A stretch of 64,000 nt of DNA from the human T2T-CHM13v2.0 reference genome, Homo sapiens, in assembly GCF_009914755.1 (NCBI RefSeq), contig NC_060928.1. One strand, given 5' to 3'. Made by a program: the position numbers and the translations under genes. Under the pieces are notes generated by a model. That model had not been told where the DNA came from, did no database searches, and saw only the letters and a list, made by a program, of their open reading frames with translations. Shown piece after piece: positions 52,766 to 64,000 of the stretch (within the stretch, counting starts at the first letter, position 1; every line of letters starts with the position of its first letter).

Positions 52766-55700
52766 CATTCTCAGAAACTTGTTTGTGATGTGTGTATTCA
52801 ACTAACAGAGTTGAACTTTTGTTTTTACAGAGCCGTTTTAAAACACTCTTTTTGTGGAATCAGAAAGTGGATATTCGGATGGCTCTGAGGATTTCGTTGG
52901 AAGCGGGATTACATATAAAATCTAGAGAGAAGCATTCTCAGGAACTTCTTTGTGATGTTTGCATTGAAGTCACAGAATTGAACATTCACTTTGATAGAGC
53001 AGGTTTGAAACACTCATTCTGTAGTATCTGGAAGTGGACATTTCAAGCGCTTTCAGGCCTATGGTGAAAAAGGAAATATCTTCGAATAAAAACTAGACAG
53101 AAGCATCCTCAGAAACTTATTTGTGATGTGTGTCCTCAACTAACAGAGTTGAAACTTTGTTTTGATACAGCATTTTGGAAACACTCCTTTTGTAGAATCT
53201 GCAGGTGGATATGTGGATAGCTCTGAAGATTTCCTTGGAAACGGGAATTTCTTCATATAAAATCAAACAGAAGCATTCTCAGAAACTTCTCAGTGATGTT
53301 TGCATTCAGCTCATGGAGTTGAACACTTCCTTTCATAGAGCCGATTTGAAACACTCTTTCTGCACTACCTGGAAGAGGCCATTTCGAGCGCTTTGAGTCC
53401 TATGGTGAAAAAGGAAATATCTTCTCATAAAAACCAGAAAGAAGCATTCTCAGAAACTTCTTTGTGTTGTGTGTACTCATGTAACAGTGTTGAACCATCC
53501 TTTTGACAGAGCAGTTTTGAAACACTCTTTTTGTAGAATCTGCAAGTGGATATTTGGATAGCTTTGAGGATTTCGTTGGAAACGGGATGACATATAATAT
53601 CTAGAGAGAAGCATTCTCAGGAACTTCTTTGTGCTGTTTGCATTCAAGTCACAGAATTGAACATTCCCTTTCATAGAGCAGATTTGAAACACTCTTTCTC
53701 TAGTATCTGGAAGTGGGCATTTCAAGCGCTTTCAGGCCTATTGAGAGAAAGGAAATACCTTCAAATAAAAACTAGACAGAAGCATTCTCAGAAACTTATT
53801 TGTGATGTGTGTCCTCAACTAACAGAGTTGAACCTTTGTTTTGATACAGCATTTTGGAAACACTCCTTTTGTAGAATCTGCAGGTGGATATTTGGATAGC
53901 TTTGAAGATTTCGTTGGAAACCGGAATATCTTCATATAAAATCAAGACAGAAGCATTCTCGGAAACATCTCTGTGATGTTTGCATTCAACTCAGTAGAGT
54001 TGAACACTTCCTTTCATAGAGCCGGTTTGAAACACTCTTTCTGCACTACCTGGAAGCGGACATTTCGAGCGCTTTGAGGCCTATGGTGAAAAAGGAAATA
54101 TCTTCTCATAAAAACCAGAAAGAAGCATTCTCAGAAACTTCTTTGTGTTGTGTGTACTCAAGTAACAGTGTTGAACCTTCCTTTTGACACAGCAGTTTTG
54201 AAACACTCTTTTGGTAGAATCTGCAAGTGGATATTTGGATAGCTTTGAGGATTTCGTTGGAAACGGGTTATCTTCATATAAAATCCAGACAGGAGCATTC
54301 TCAGAAACTTCTTTGTGCTGCATGTCCTCAATTCACAGAGCTGAACCTTTGTTTGGATACAGCATTTTGGAAACATTCCTTTAGTAGAATCTGCAAGTTG
54401 ATATTTAGATAGCTTTGAAGATTTCGTTGGAAACGGGAATATCTTCATAGAAAATCTAGACGGAAGCATTCTCAGAAACTGCTTTGTGATGTTTGCATTC
54501 AAGTCACAGAGTTGAATATTCCCTTTTATAGAGTAGGTTTGAAACACTCTTTCGGCACTACCTGGAAGTGGATATTTCGAGCTCTTTGAGGCCTATGGTT
54601 AAAAGGAAATATCTTCCCATAAAAACTAGACAGAAGCCGTCTCAGAAACTTGTTTGTGATGTGTGTATTCAACTAACAGAGTTGAACATTTCTGTTACAG
54701 AGCAATTTTAAAACACTCTTTTTGTGGAATCTGAAAGTGGATAATTGGATAGCTTTGTGGATTTCGTTGGAAACGGGATGACGTATAAAATCTAGATTGA
54801 AGCATTCTCAGGAACTTCTTTCTGATGTTTGCATTCAAGTCACAGAATTGAACATTCCTTTTCATAGTGCAGGTTTGAAACACTCTTTCTGTAGTATCTG
54901 GAAGTGGACATTTCAAGCGCTTTCAGGCCTACGGGGAGAAAGGAAATATCTTCAAATAAAAACTAGATAGAAGGATTCTCAGAAACTTATTTGTGATGTG
55001 TGTCCTAAACGAACACAGTTGAACCTTTGTTTTGATACAGCATTTTGGAAACACTCCTTTTGTAGGATCTGCAGGTGGATATTTGGATAGATTTTAAGAT
55101 TTCGTTGGAAACGGGAGTTTCTTCATAGAAACTCAAGACAGATGCATTCTCAGAAACATCTCTGTGATGTTTGCATTCCACTCATAGATTTGAAAACTTC
55201 CTTTCATAGAGCAGGTTTGAAACACTCTTTTTGTAATATTTGGAAGTGGACATTTGCAGCGCTTTGAGGCCTATGGTGAAAAAGGAAATATCTTCTCATA
55301 AAAACCAGAAACAAGCATTCTCAGAAACTTCTTTTTGATGTGTGTACTCAAGTAACAGAGTTGAACCTTCCTTTTGACACAGCAGTTTTGAAACAATCTT
55401 TTTGTAGAATCTGCAAGTGGATATTTGGATAGCTTTGAGGATTTCGTTGGAAACGGGATATCTTCATATAAAATCTAGACAGAAGCATTCTCAGAAACTT
55501 CTTTGTGCTGTATGTCCTCAATTAACAGAGTTGAACCATTGCTTGGATACAGCATTTTGGAAACATTCCTTGAGTAGAATCTGCAAGTTGATATTTAGAT
55601 AGATTTGAAGATTTCGTTGGAAAAGGGAATATCTCCATATAAAATCTAGAGGGAAGCATTCTCAGAAACTGCTTTGTGATGTTTCCATTCAAGTCACAGA

Positions 55701-55827
55701 GTTGAATATTCCCTTTTATAGAGCACGTTTGAAACACTCTTTCTGCACTATCTGGAAGTGGACATTTCGAGCGCTTTGAGGCCTATGGTGAAAAAGGAAA
55801 TATCTTCCCATAAAAACTAGACAGAAG
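52766..55827 (+). repeat. HOR structural variant U18: 3,062 bp 18-mer with m3/m4 hybrid monomer
   Basis: The m1 ORF occurs at 52792 then 55854 (3,062 bp). The GCTTAGAGGGATTCG segment of m3 is missing, and the hybrid reads GAAACTTTGTTTTGATACAGCATTTTGGAAACACTCCTTTT...GATATGTGG. Confidence 0.93.
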
Positions 55828-58800
55828 CATTCTCAGAAACTTGTTTGTGATGTGTGTATTCAACTAACAGAGTTGAACTTTTGTTTTTACAGAGCCGTTT
55901 TAAAACACTCTTTTTTTGGAATCAGAAAGTGGATATTCGGATGGCTCTGAGGATTTCGTTGGAAGCGGGAATACATATAAAATCTAGAGAGAAGCATTCT
56001 CAGGAACTTCTTTGTGATGTTTGCATTGAAGTCACAGAATTGAACATTCACTTTGATAGAGCAGGTTTGAAACACTCATTCTGTAGTATCTGGAAGTGGA
56101 CATTTCAAGCGCTTTCAGGCCTATGGTGAGAAAGGAAATATCTTCGAATAAAAACTAGACAGAAGCATCCTCAGAAACTTATTTGTGATGTGTGTCCTCA
56201 ACTAACAGAGTTGAAACTTTGTTTTGATACAGCATTTTGGAAACACTCTTTTTGTAGAATCTGCAGGTGGATATTTGGATAGCTTAGAGGGATTCGTTGG
56301 AAAGGGGATATCTTCATATAAAATCTAGACAGAAGCATTCTCAGAAACTTATTTGTGATGTGTGTCCTCAACTAACAGAGTTGAACCTTGGTTTTGATAC
56401 AGCATTTTGGAAACACTCCTTTTGTAGAATCTGCAGGTGGATATGTGGATAGCTCTGAAGATTTCGTTGGAAACGGGAATTTCTTCATATAAAATCAAAC
56501 AGAAGCATTCTCAGAAACTTCTCAGTGATGTTTGCATTCAGCTCATGGAGTTGAACACTTCCTTTCATAGAGCCGGTTTGAAACACTCTTTCTGCACTAC
56601 CTGGAAGAGGACATTTCGAGCGCTTTGAGTCCTATGGTGAAAAAGGAAATATCTTCTCATAAAAACCAGAAAGAAGCATTCTCAGAAACTTCTTTGTGTT
56701 GTGTGTACTCATGTAACAGTGTTGAACCATCCTTTTGACAGAGCAGTTTTGAAACACTCTTTTTGTAGAATCTGCAAGTGGATATTTGGATAGCTTTGAG
56801 GATTTCGTTGGAAACGGGATGACATATAATATCTAGAGAGAAGCATACTCAGGAACTTCTTTGTGATGTTTGCATTCAAGTCACAGAATTGAACATTCCC
56901 TTTCATAGAGCAGGTTTGAAACACTCTTTCTCTAGTATCTGGAAGTGGGCATTTCAAGCGCTTTCAGGCCTATGGAGAGAAAGGAAATACCTTCAAATAA
57001 AAACTAGACAGAAACATTCTCAGAAACTTATTTGTGATGTGTGTCCTCAACTAACAGAGTTGAACCTTTGTTTTGATACAGCATTTTGGAAACACTCCTT
57101 TTGTAGAATCTGCAGGTGGATATTTGGATAACTTTGAAGATTTCGTTGGAAACCGGAATATCTTCATATAAAATCAAGACAGAAGCATTCTCGGAAACAT
57201 CTCTGTGATGTTTGCATTCAACTCAGTAGAGTTGAACACTTCCTTTCATAGAGCAGGTTTGAAACACTCTTTCTGCACTACCTGGAAGCGGACATTTCGA
57301 GCGCTTTGAGGCCTATGGTGAAAAAGGAAATATCTTCTCATAAAAACCAGAAAGAAGCATTCTCAGAAACTTCTTTGTGTTGTGTGTACTCAAGTAACAG
57401 TGTTGAACCTTCCTTTTGACACAGCAGTTTTGAAACACTCTTTTGGTAGAATCTGCAAGTGGATATTTGGATAGCTTTGAGGATTTCGTTGGAAACGGGT
57501 TATCTTCATATAAAATCCAGACAGGAGCATTCTCAGAAACTTCTTTGTGCTGCATGTCCTCAATTCACAGAGCTGAACCTTTGTTTGGATACAGCATTTT
57601 GGAAACATTCCTTTAGTAGAATCTGCAAGTTGATATTTAGATAGCTTTGAAGATTTCGTTGGTAACGGGAATATCTTCATAGAAAATCTAGACGGAAGCA
57701 TTCTCAGAAACTGCTTTGTGATGTTTGCATTCAAGTCACAGAGTTGAATATTCCCTTTTATAGAGTAGGTTTGAAACACTCTTTCGGCACTACCTGGAAG
57801 TGGATATTTCGAGCTCTTTGAGGCCTATGGTTAAAAGGAAATATCTTCCCATAAAAACTAGACAGAAGCCGTCTCAGAAACTTGTTTGTGATGTGTGTAT
57901 TCAACTAACAGAGTTGAACATTTCTGTTACAGAGCAATTTTAAAACACTCTTTTTGTGGAATCTGAAAGTGGATAATTGGATAGCTTTGTGGATTTCATT
58001 GGAAACGGGATGACGTATAAAATCTAGAGAGAAGCATTCTCAGGAACTTCTTTCTGATGTTTGCATTCAAGTCACAGAATTGAACATTCCTTTTCATAGT
58101 GCAGGTTTGAAACACTCTTTCTGTAGTATCTGGAAGTGGACATTTCAAGCGCTTTCAGGCCTACGGGGAGAAAGGAAATATCTTCAAATAAAAACTAGAC
58201 AGAAGGATTCTCAGAAACTTATTTGTGATGTGTGTCCTAAACGAACACAGTTGAACCTTTGTTTAGATACAGCATTTTGGAAACACTCCTTTTGTAGGAT
58301 CTGCAGGTGGATATTTGGATAGATTTTAAGATTTCGTTGGAAACGGGAGTTTCTTCATAGAAACTCAAGACAGATGCATTCTCAGAAACATCTCTGTGAT
58401 GTTTGCATTCCACTCATAGAGTTGAAAACTTCCTTTCATAGAGCAGGTTTGAAACACTCTTTTTGTAATATTTGGAAGTGGACATTTGCAGCGCTTTGAG
58501 GCCTATGGTGAAAAAGGAAATATCTTCTCATAAAAACCAGAAACAAGCATTCTCAGAAACTTCTTTTTGATGTGTGTACTCAAGTAACAGAGTTGAACCT
58601 TCCTTTTGACACAGCAGTTTTGAAACAATCTTTTTGTAGAATCTGCAAGTGGATATTTGGATAGCTTTGAGGATTTCGTTGGAAACGGGATATCTTCATA
58701 TAAAATCTAGACAGAAGCATTCTCAGAAACTTCTTTGTGCTGTATGTCCTCAATTAACAGAGTTGAACCATTGCTTGGATACAGCATTTTGGAAACATTC

Positions 58801-61800
58801 CTTGAGTAGAATCTGCAAGTTGATATTTAGATAGATTTGAAGATTTCGTTGGAAAAGGGAATATCTCCATATAAAATCTAGAGGGAAGCATTCTCAGAAA
58901 CTGCTTTGTGATGTTTCCATTCAAGTCACAGAGTTGAATATTCCCTTTTATAGAGCACGTTTGAAACACTCTTTCTGCACTATCTGGAAGTGGACATTTC
59001 GAGCGCTTTGAGGCCTATGGTGAAAAAGGAAATATCTTCCCATAAAAACTAGACAGAAGCATTCTCAGAAACTTGTTTGTGATGTGTGTATTCAACTAAC
59101 AGAGTTGAACTTTTGTTTTTACAGAGCCGTTTTAAAACACTCTTTTTGTGGAATCAGAAAGTGGATATTCGGATGGCTCTGAGGATTTCGTTGGAAGCGG
59201 GATTACATATAAAATCTAGAGAGAAGCATTCTCAGGAACTTCTTTGTGATGTTTGCATTGAAGTCACAGAATTGAACATTCACTTTGATAGAGCAGGTTT
59301 GAAACACTCATTCTGTAGTATCTGGAAGTGGACATTTCAAGCGCTTTCAGGCCTATGGTGAGAAAGGAAATATCTTCGAATAAAAACTAGACAGAAGCAT
59401 CCTCAGAAACTTATTTGTGATGTGTGTCCTCAACTAACAGAGTTGAAACTTTGTTTTGATACAGCATTTTGGAAACACTCTTTTTGTAGAATCTGCAGGT
59501 GGATATTTGGATAGCTTAGAGGGATTCGTTGGAAAGGGGATATCTTCATATAAAATCTAGACAGAAGCATTCTCAGAAACTTATTTGTGATGTGTGTCCT
59601 CAACTAACAGAGTTGAACCTTGGTTTTGATACAGCATTTTGGAAACACTCCTTTTGTAGAATCTGCAGGTGGATATGTGGATAGCTCTGAAGATTTCGTT
59701 GGAAACGGGAATTTCTTCATATAAAATCAAACAGAAGCATTCTCAGAAACTTCTCAGTGATGTTTGCATTCAGCTCATGGAGTTGAACACTTCCTTTCAT
59801 AGAGCCGGTTTGAAACACTCTTTCTGCACTACCTGGAAGAGGACATTTCGAGCGCTTTGAGTCCTATGGTGAAAAAGGAAATATCTTCTCATAAAAACCA
59901 GAAAGAAGCATTCTCAGAAACTTCTTTGTGTTGTGTGTACTCATGTAACAGTGTTGAACCATCCTTTTGACAGAGCAGTTTTGAAACACTCTTTTTGTAG
60001 AATCTGCAAGTGGATATTTGGATAGCTTTGAGGATTTCGTTGGAAACGGGATGACATATAATATCTAGAGAGAAGCATTCTCAGGAACTTCTTTGTGATG
60101 TTTGCATTCAAGTCACAGAATTGAACATTCCCTTTCATAGAGCAGGTTTGAAACACTCTTTCTCTAGTATCTGGAAGTGGGCATTTCAAGCGCTTTCAGG
60201 CCTATGGAGAGAAAGGAAATACCTTCAAATAAAAACTAGACAGAAGCATTCTCAGAAACTTATTTGTGATGTGTGTCCTCAACTAACAGAGTTGAACCTT
60301 TGTTTTGATACAGCATTTTGGAAACACTCCTTTTGTAGAATCTGCAGGTGGATATTTGGATAACTTTGAAGATTTCGTTGGAAACCGGAATATCTTCATA
60401 TAAAATCAAGACAGAAGCATTCTCGGAAACATCTCTGTGATGTTTGCATTCAACTCAGTAGAGTTGAACACTTCCTTTCATAGAGCCGGTTTGAAACACT
60501 CTTTCTGCACTACCTGGAAGCGGACATTTCGAGCGCTTTGAGGCCTATGGTGAAAAAGGAAATATCTTCTCATAAAAACCAGAAAGAAGCATTCTCAGAA
60601 ACTTCTTTGTGTTGTGTGTACTCAAGTAACAGTGTTGAACCTTCCTTTTGACACAGCAGTTTTGAAACACTCTTTTGGTAGAATCTGCAAGTGGATATTT
60701 GGATAGCTTTGAGGATTTCGTTGGAAACGGGTTATCTTCATATAAAATCCAGACAGGAGCATTCTCAGAAACTTCTTTGTGCTGCATGTCCTCAATTCAC
60801 AGAGCTGAACCTTTGTTTGGATACAGCATTTTGGAAACATTCCTTTAGTAGAATCTGCAAGTTGATATTTAGATAGCTTTGAAGATTTCGTTGGAAACGG
60901 GAATATCTTCATAGAAAATCTAGACGGAAGCATTCTCAGAAACTGCTTTGTGATGTTTGCATTCAAGTCACAGAGTTGAATATTCCCTTTTATAGAGTAG
61001 GTTTGAAACACTCTTTCGGCACTACCTGGAAGTGGATATTTCGAGCTCTTTGAGGCCTATGGTTAAAAGGAAATATCTTCCCATAAAAACTAGACAGAAG
61101 CCGTCTCAGAAACTTGTTTGTGATGTGTGTATTCAACTAACAGAGTTGAACATTTCTGTTACAGAGCAATTTTAAAACACTCTTTTTGTGGAATCTGAAA
61201 GTGGATAATTGGATAGCTTTGTGGATTTCGTTGGAAACGGGATGACGTATAAAATCTAGAGAGAAGCATTCTCAGGAACTTCTTTCTGATGTTTGCATTC
61301 AAGTCACAGAATTGAACATTCCTTTTCATAGTGCAGGTTTGAAACACTCTTTCTGTAGTATCTGGAAGTGGACATTTCAAGCGCTTTCAGGCCTACGGGG
61401 AGAAAGGAAATATCTTCAAATAAAAACTAGACAGAAGGATTCTCAGAAACTTATTTGTGATGTGTGTCCTAAACGAACACAGTTGAACCTTTGTTTAGAT
61501 ACAGCATTTTGGAAACACTCCTTTTGTAGGATCTGCAGGTGGATATTTGGATAGATTTTAAGATTTCGTTGGAAACGGGAGTTTCTTCATAGAAACTCAA
61601 GACAGATGCATTCTCAGAAACATCTCTGTGATGTTTGCATTCCACTCATAGAGTTGAAAACTTCCTTTCATAGAGCAGGTTTGAAACACTCTTTTTGTAA
61701 TATTTGGAAGTGGACATTTGCAGCGCTTTGAGGCCTATGGTGAAAAAGGAAATATCTTCTCATAAAAACCAGAAACAAGCATTCTCAGAAACTTCTTTTT

Positions 61801-62291
61801 GATGTGTGTACTCAAGTAACAGAGTTGAACCTTCCTTTTGACACAGCAGTTTTGAAACAATCTTTTTGTAGAATCTGCAAGTGGATATTTGGATAGCTTT
61901 GAGGATTTCGTTGGAAACGGGATATCTTCATATAAAATCTAGACAGAAGCTTTCTCAGAAACTTCTTTGTGCTGTATGTCCTCAATTAACAGATTTGAAC
62001 CATTGCTTGGATACAGCATTTTGGAAACATTCCTTGAGTAGAATCTGCAAGTTGATATTTAGGTAGATTTGAAGATTTCGTTGGAAAAGGGAATATCTCC
62101 ATAGAAAATCTAGAGGGAAGCATTCTCAGAAACTGCTTTGTGATGTTTCCATTCAAGTCACAGAGTTGAATATTCCCTTTTATAGAGCACGTTTGAAACA
62201 CTCTTTCTGCACTATCTGGAAGTGGACATTTCGAGCGCTTTGAGGCCTATGGTGAAAAAGGAAATATCTTCCCATAAAAACTAGACAGAAG
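55828..62291 (+). repeat. Two full-length 19-mer HORs (U19, U20)
   Basis: The m1 ORF occurs at 55854, 59086 and 62318 (3,232 bp spacing). Confidence 0.94.
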
Positions 62292-64000
62292 CATTCTCAG
62301 AAACTTGTTTGTGATGTGTGTATTCAACTAACAGAGTTGAACTTTTGTTTTTACAGAGCCGTTTTAAAATACTCTTTTTGTGGAATCAGAAAGTGGATAT
62401 TCGGATGGCTCTGAGGATTTCGTTGGAAGCGGGATTACATATAAAATCTAGAGAGAAGCATTCTCAGGAACTTCTTTGTGATGTTTGCATTGAAGTCACA
62501 GAATTGAACATTCACTTTGATAGAGCAGGTTTGAAACACTCATTCTGTAGTATCTGGAAGTGGACATTTCAAGCGCTTTCAGGCCTATGGTGAGAAAGGA
62601 AATATCTTCGAATAAAAACTAGACAGAAGCATCCTCAGAAACTTATTTGTGATGTGTGTCCTCAACTAACAGAGTTGAAACTTTGTTTTGATACAGCATT
62701 TTGGAAACACTCTTTTTGTAGAATCTGCAGGTGGATATTTGGATAGCTTAGAGGGATTCGTTGGAAAGGGGATATCTTCATATAAAATCTAGACAGAAGC
62801 ATTCTCAGAAACTTATTTGTGATGTGTGTCCTCAACTAACAGAGTTGAACCTTGGTTTTGATACAGCATTTTGGAAACACTCCTTTTGTAGAATCTGCAG
62901 GTGGATATGTGGATAGCTCTGAAGATTTCGTTGGAAACGGGAATTTCTTCATATAAAATCAAACAGAAGCATTCTCAGAAACTTCTCAGTGATGTTTGCA
63001 TTCAGCTCATGGAGTTGAACACTTCCTTTCATAGAGCCGGTTTGAAACACTCTTTCTGCACTACCTGGAAGAGGACATTTCGAGCGCTTTGAGTCCTATG
63101 GTGAAAAAGGAAATATCTTCTCATAAAAACCAGAAAGAAGCATTCTCAGAAACTTCTTTGTGTTGTGTGTACTCATGTAACAGTGTTGAACCATCCTTTT
63201 GACAGAGCAGTTTTGAAACACTCTTTTTGTAGAATCTGCAAGTGGATATTTGGATAGCTTTGAGGATTTCGTTGGAAACGGGATGACATATAATATCTAG
63301 AGAGAAGCATACTCAGGAACTTCTTTGTGATGTTTGCATTCAAGTCACAGAATTGAACATTCCCTTTCATAGAGCAGGTTTGAAACACTCTTTCTCTAGT
63401 ATCTGGAAGTGGGCATTTCAAGCGCTTTCAGGCCTATGGAGAGAAAGGAAATACCTTCAAATAAAAACTAGACAGAAGCATTCTCAGAAACTTATTTGTG
63501 ATGTGTGTCCTCAACTAACAGAGTTGAACCTTTGTTTTGATACAGCATTTTGGAAACACTCCTTTTGTAGAATCTGCAGGTGGATATTTGGATAACTTTG
63601 AAGATTTCGTTGGAAACCGGAATATCTTCATATAAAATCAAGACAGAAGCATTCTCGGAAACATCTCTGTGATGTTTGCATTCAACTCAGTAGAGTTGAA
63701 CACTTCCTTTCATAGAGCAGGTTTGAAACACTCTTTCTGCACTACCTGGAAGCGGACATTTCGAGCGCTTTGAGGCCTATGGTGAAAAAGGAAATATCTT
63801 CTCATAAAAACCAGAAAGAAGCATTCTCAGAAACTTCTTTGTGTTGTGTGTACTCAAGTAACAGTGTTGAACCTTCCTTTTGACACAGCTGTTTTGAAAC
63901 ACTCTTTTGGTAGAATCTGCAAGTGGATATTTGGATAGGTTTGAGGATTTCGTTGGAAACGGGTTATCTTCATATAAAATCCAGACAGGAGCATTCTCAG
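62292..64000 (+). repeat. Partial HOR U21 (m1-m10 and start of m11), cut by the window edge
   Basis: Colinear with U1 up to CAGGAGCATTCTCAG, the m10/m11 boundary. Confidence 0.92.

Larger units (their letters stand above)
1..64000 (+). repeat. Alpha satellite HOR array (centromeric), 19-mer of 3,232 bp, SF2-like; probably human chr4 D4Z1 (S2C4H1L)
   Basis: Continuous 166-172 bp monomers with alphoid hallmarks (CATTCTCAGAAACTT, TTGAAACACTCTTT, TTCGTTGGAAACGGGA). Near-identical ORFs recur every 3,232 bp (e.g. 4312, 7544, 10776, 14008). Alpha satellite identity is near certain. The chr4 assignment (about 0.8) rests on my recall that D4Z1 is a ~3.2 kb 19-mer. Confidence 0.98.

Noticed and set aside
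63-63595. Roughly ten short ORFs (61-129 aa) per HOR on both strands
   Set aside because: They are chance open frames of the satellite. They recur with HOR period, overlap on both strands, mostly start at GTG/TTG, and are gained or lost by single SNPs. I recognise no protein domain.
1-64000. CRISPR-like reading of conserved motifs (CATTCTCAGAAAC, TTCGTTGGAAAC) separated by variable sequence
   Set aside because: The intervening sequences are homologous monomer bodies, not unique spacers. The period is ~171 bp and there are no cas genes.
1-64000. Embedded transposon, inversion or foreign insert
   Set aside because: All length changes are explained by whole-monomer deletions (170 and 2,045 bp), the ORF track stays in one orientation and phase, and I saw no poly-A tail, target-site duplication or non-alphoid stretch.
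1-64000. A previously undescribed gene-based biological system
   Set aside because: Nothing in the sequence supports one. The window is a known class of centromeric satellite, and any novelty is limited to the local variant and haplotype architecture reported above.

Overview
The whole 64 kb window is one uninterrupted, head-to-tail, single-orientation array of primate alpha satellite (~171 bp monomers) organised as a highly homogeneous 3,232 bp, 19-monomer higher-order repeat (HOR). It contains CENP-B-box (B-type) and pJalpha-type (A-type) monomers in a mostly dimeric, suprachromosomal-family-2-like alternation. Unit size and monomer style best fit the active human chromosome 4 array D4Z1 (S2C4H1L); this is from recall, not an alignment. 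With monomers numbered from position 37, there are 18 full 19-mers, one 1,017 bp 6-mer variant (U2, 3269-4285), one 3,062 bp 18-mer variant (U18, 52766-55827) and a partial last unit (U21). Unit starts are U1 37, U2 3269, U3 4286, U4 7518, U5 10750, U6 13982, U7 17214, U8 20446, U9 23678, U10 26910, U11 30142, U12 33374, U13 36606, U14 39838, U15 43070, U16 46302, U17 49534, U18 52766, U19 55828, U20 59060 and U21 62292. I see no genes, transposons, inversions or CRISPR arrays, and all ORFs are satellite artefacts. I found no novel gene system. The interest lies in array evolution: two structural variants 49.5 kb apart sharing a deletion and linked SNPs, SNP haplotypes defining super-HOR periodicity and multi-HOR duplications, a spreading CENP-B-box-disrupting mutation, and an internal 7-mer ancestry of the 19-mer. 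SNP calls were made by eye, helped by the ORF track, and may be incomplete.
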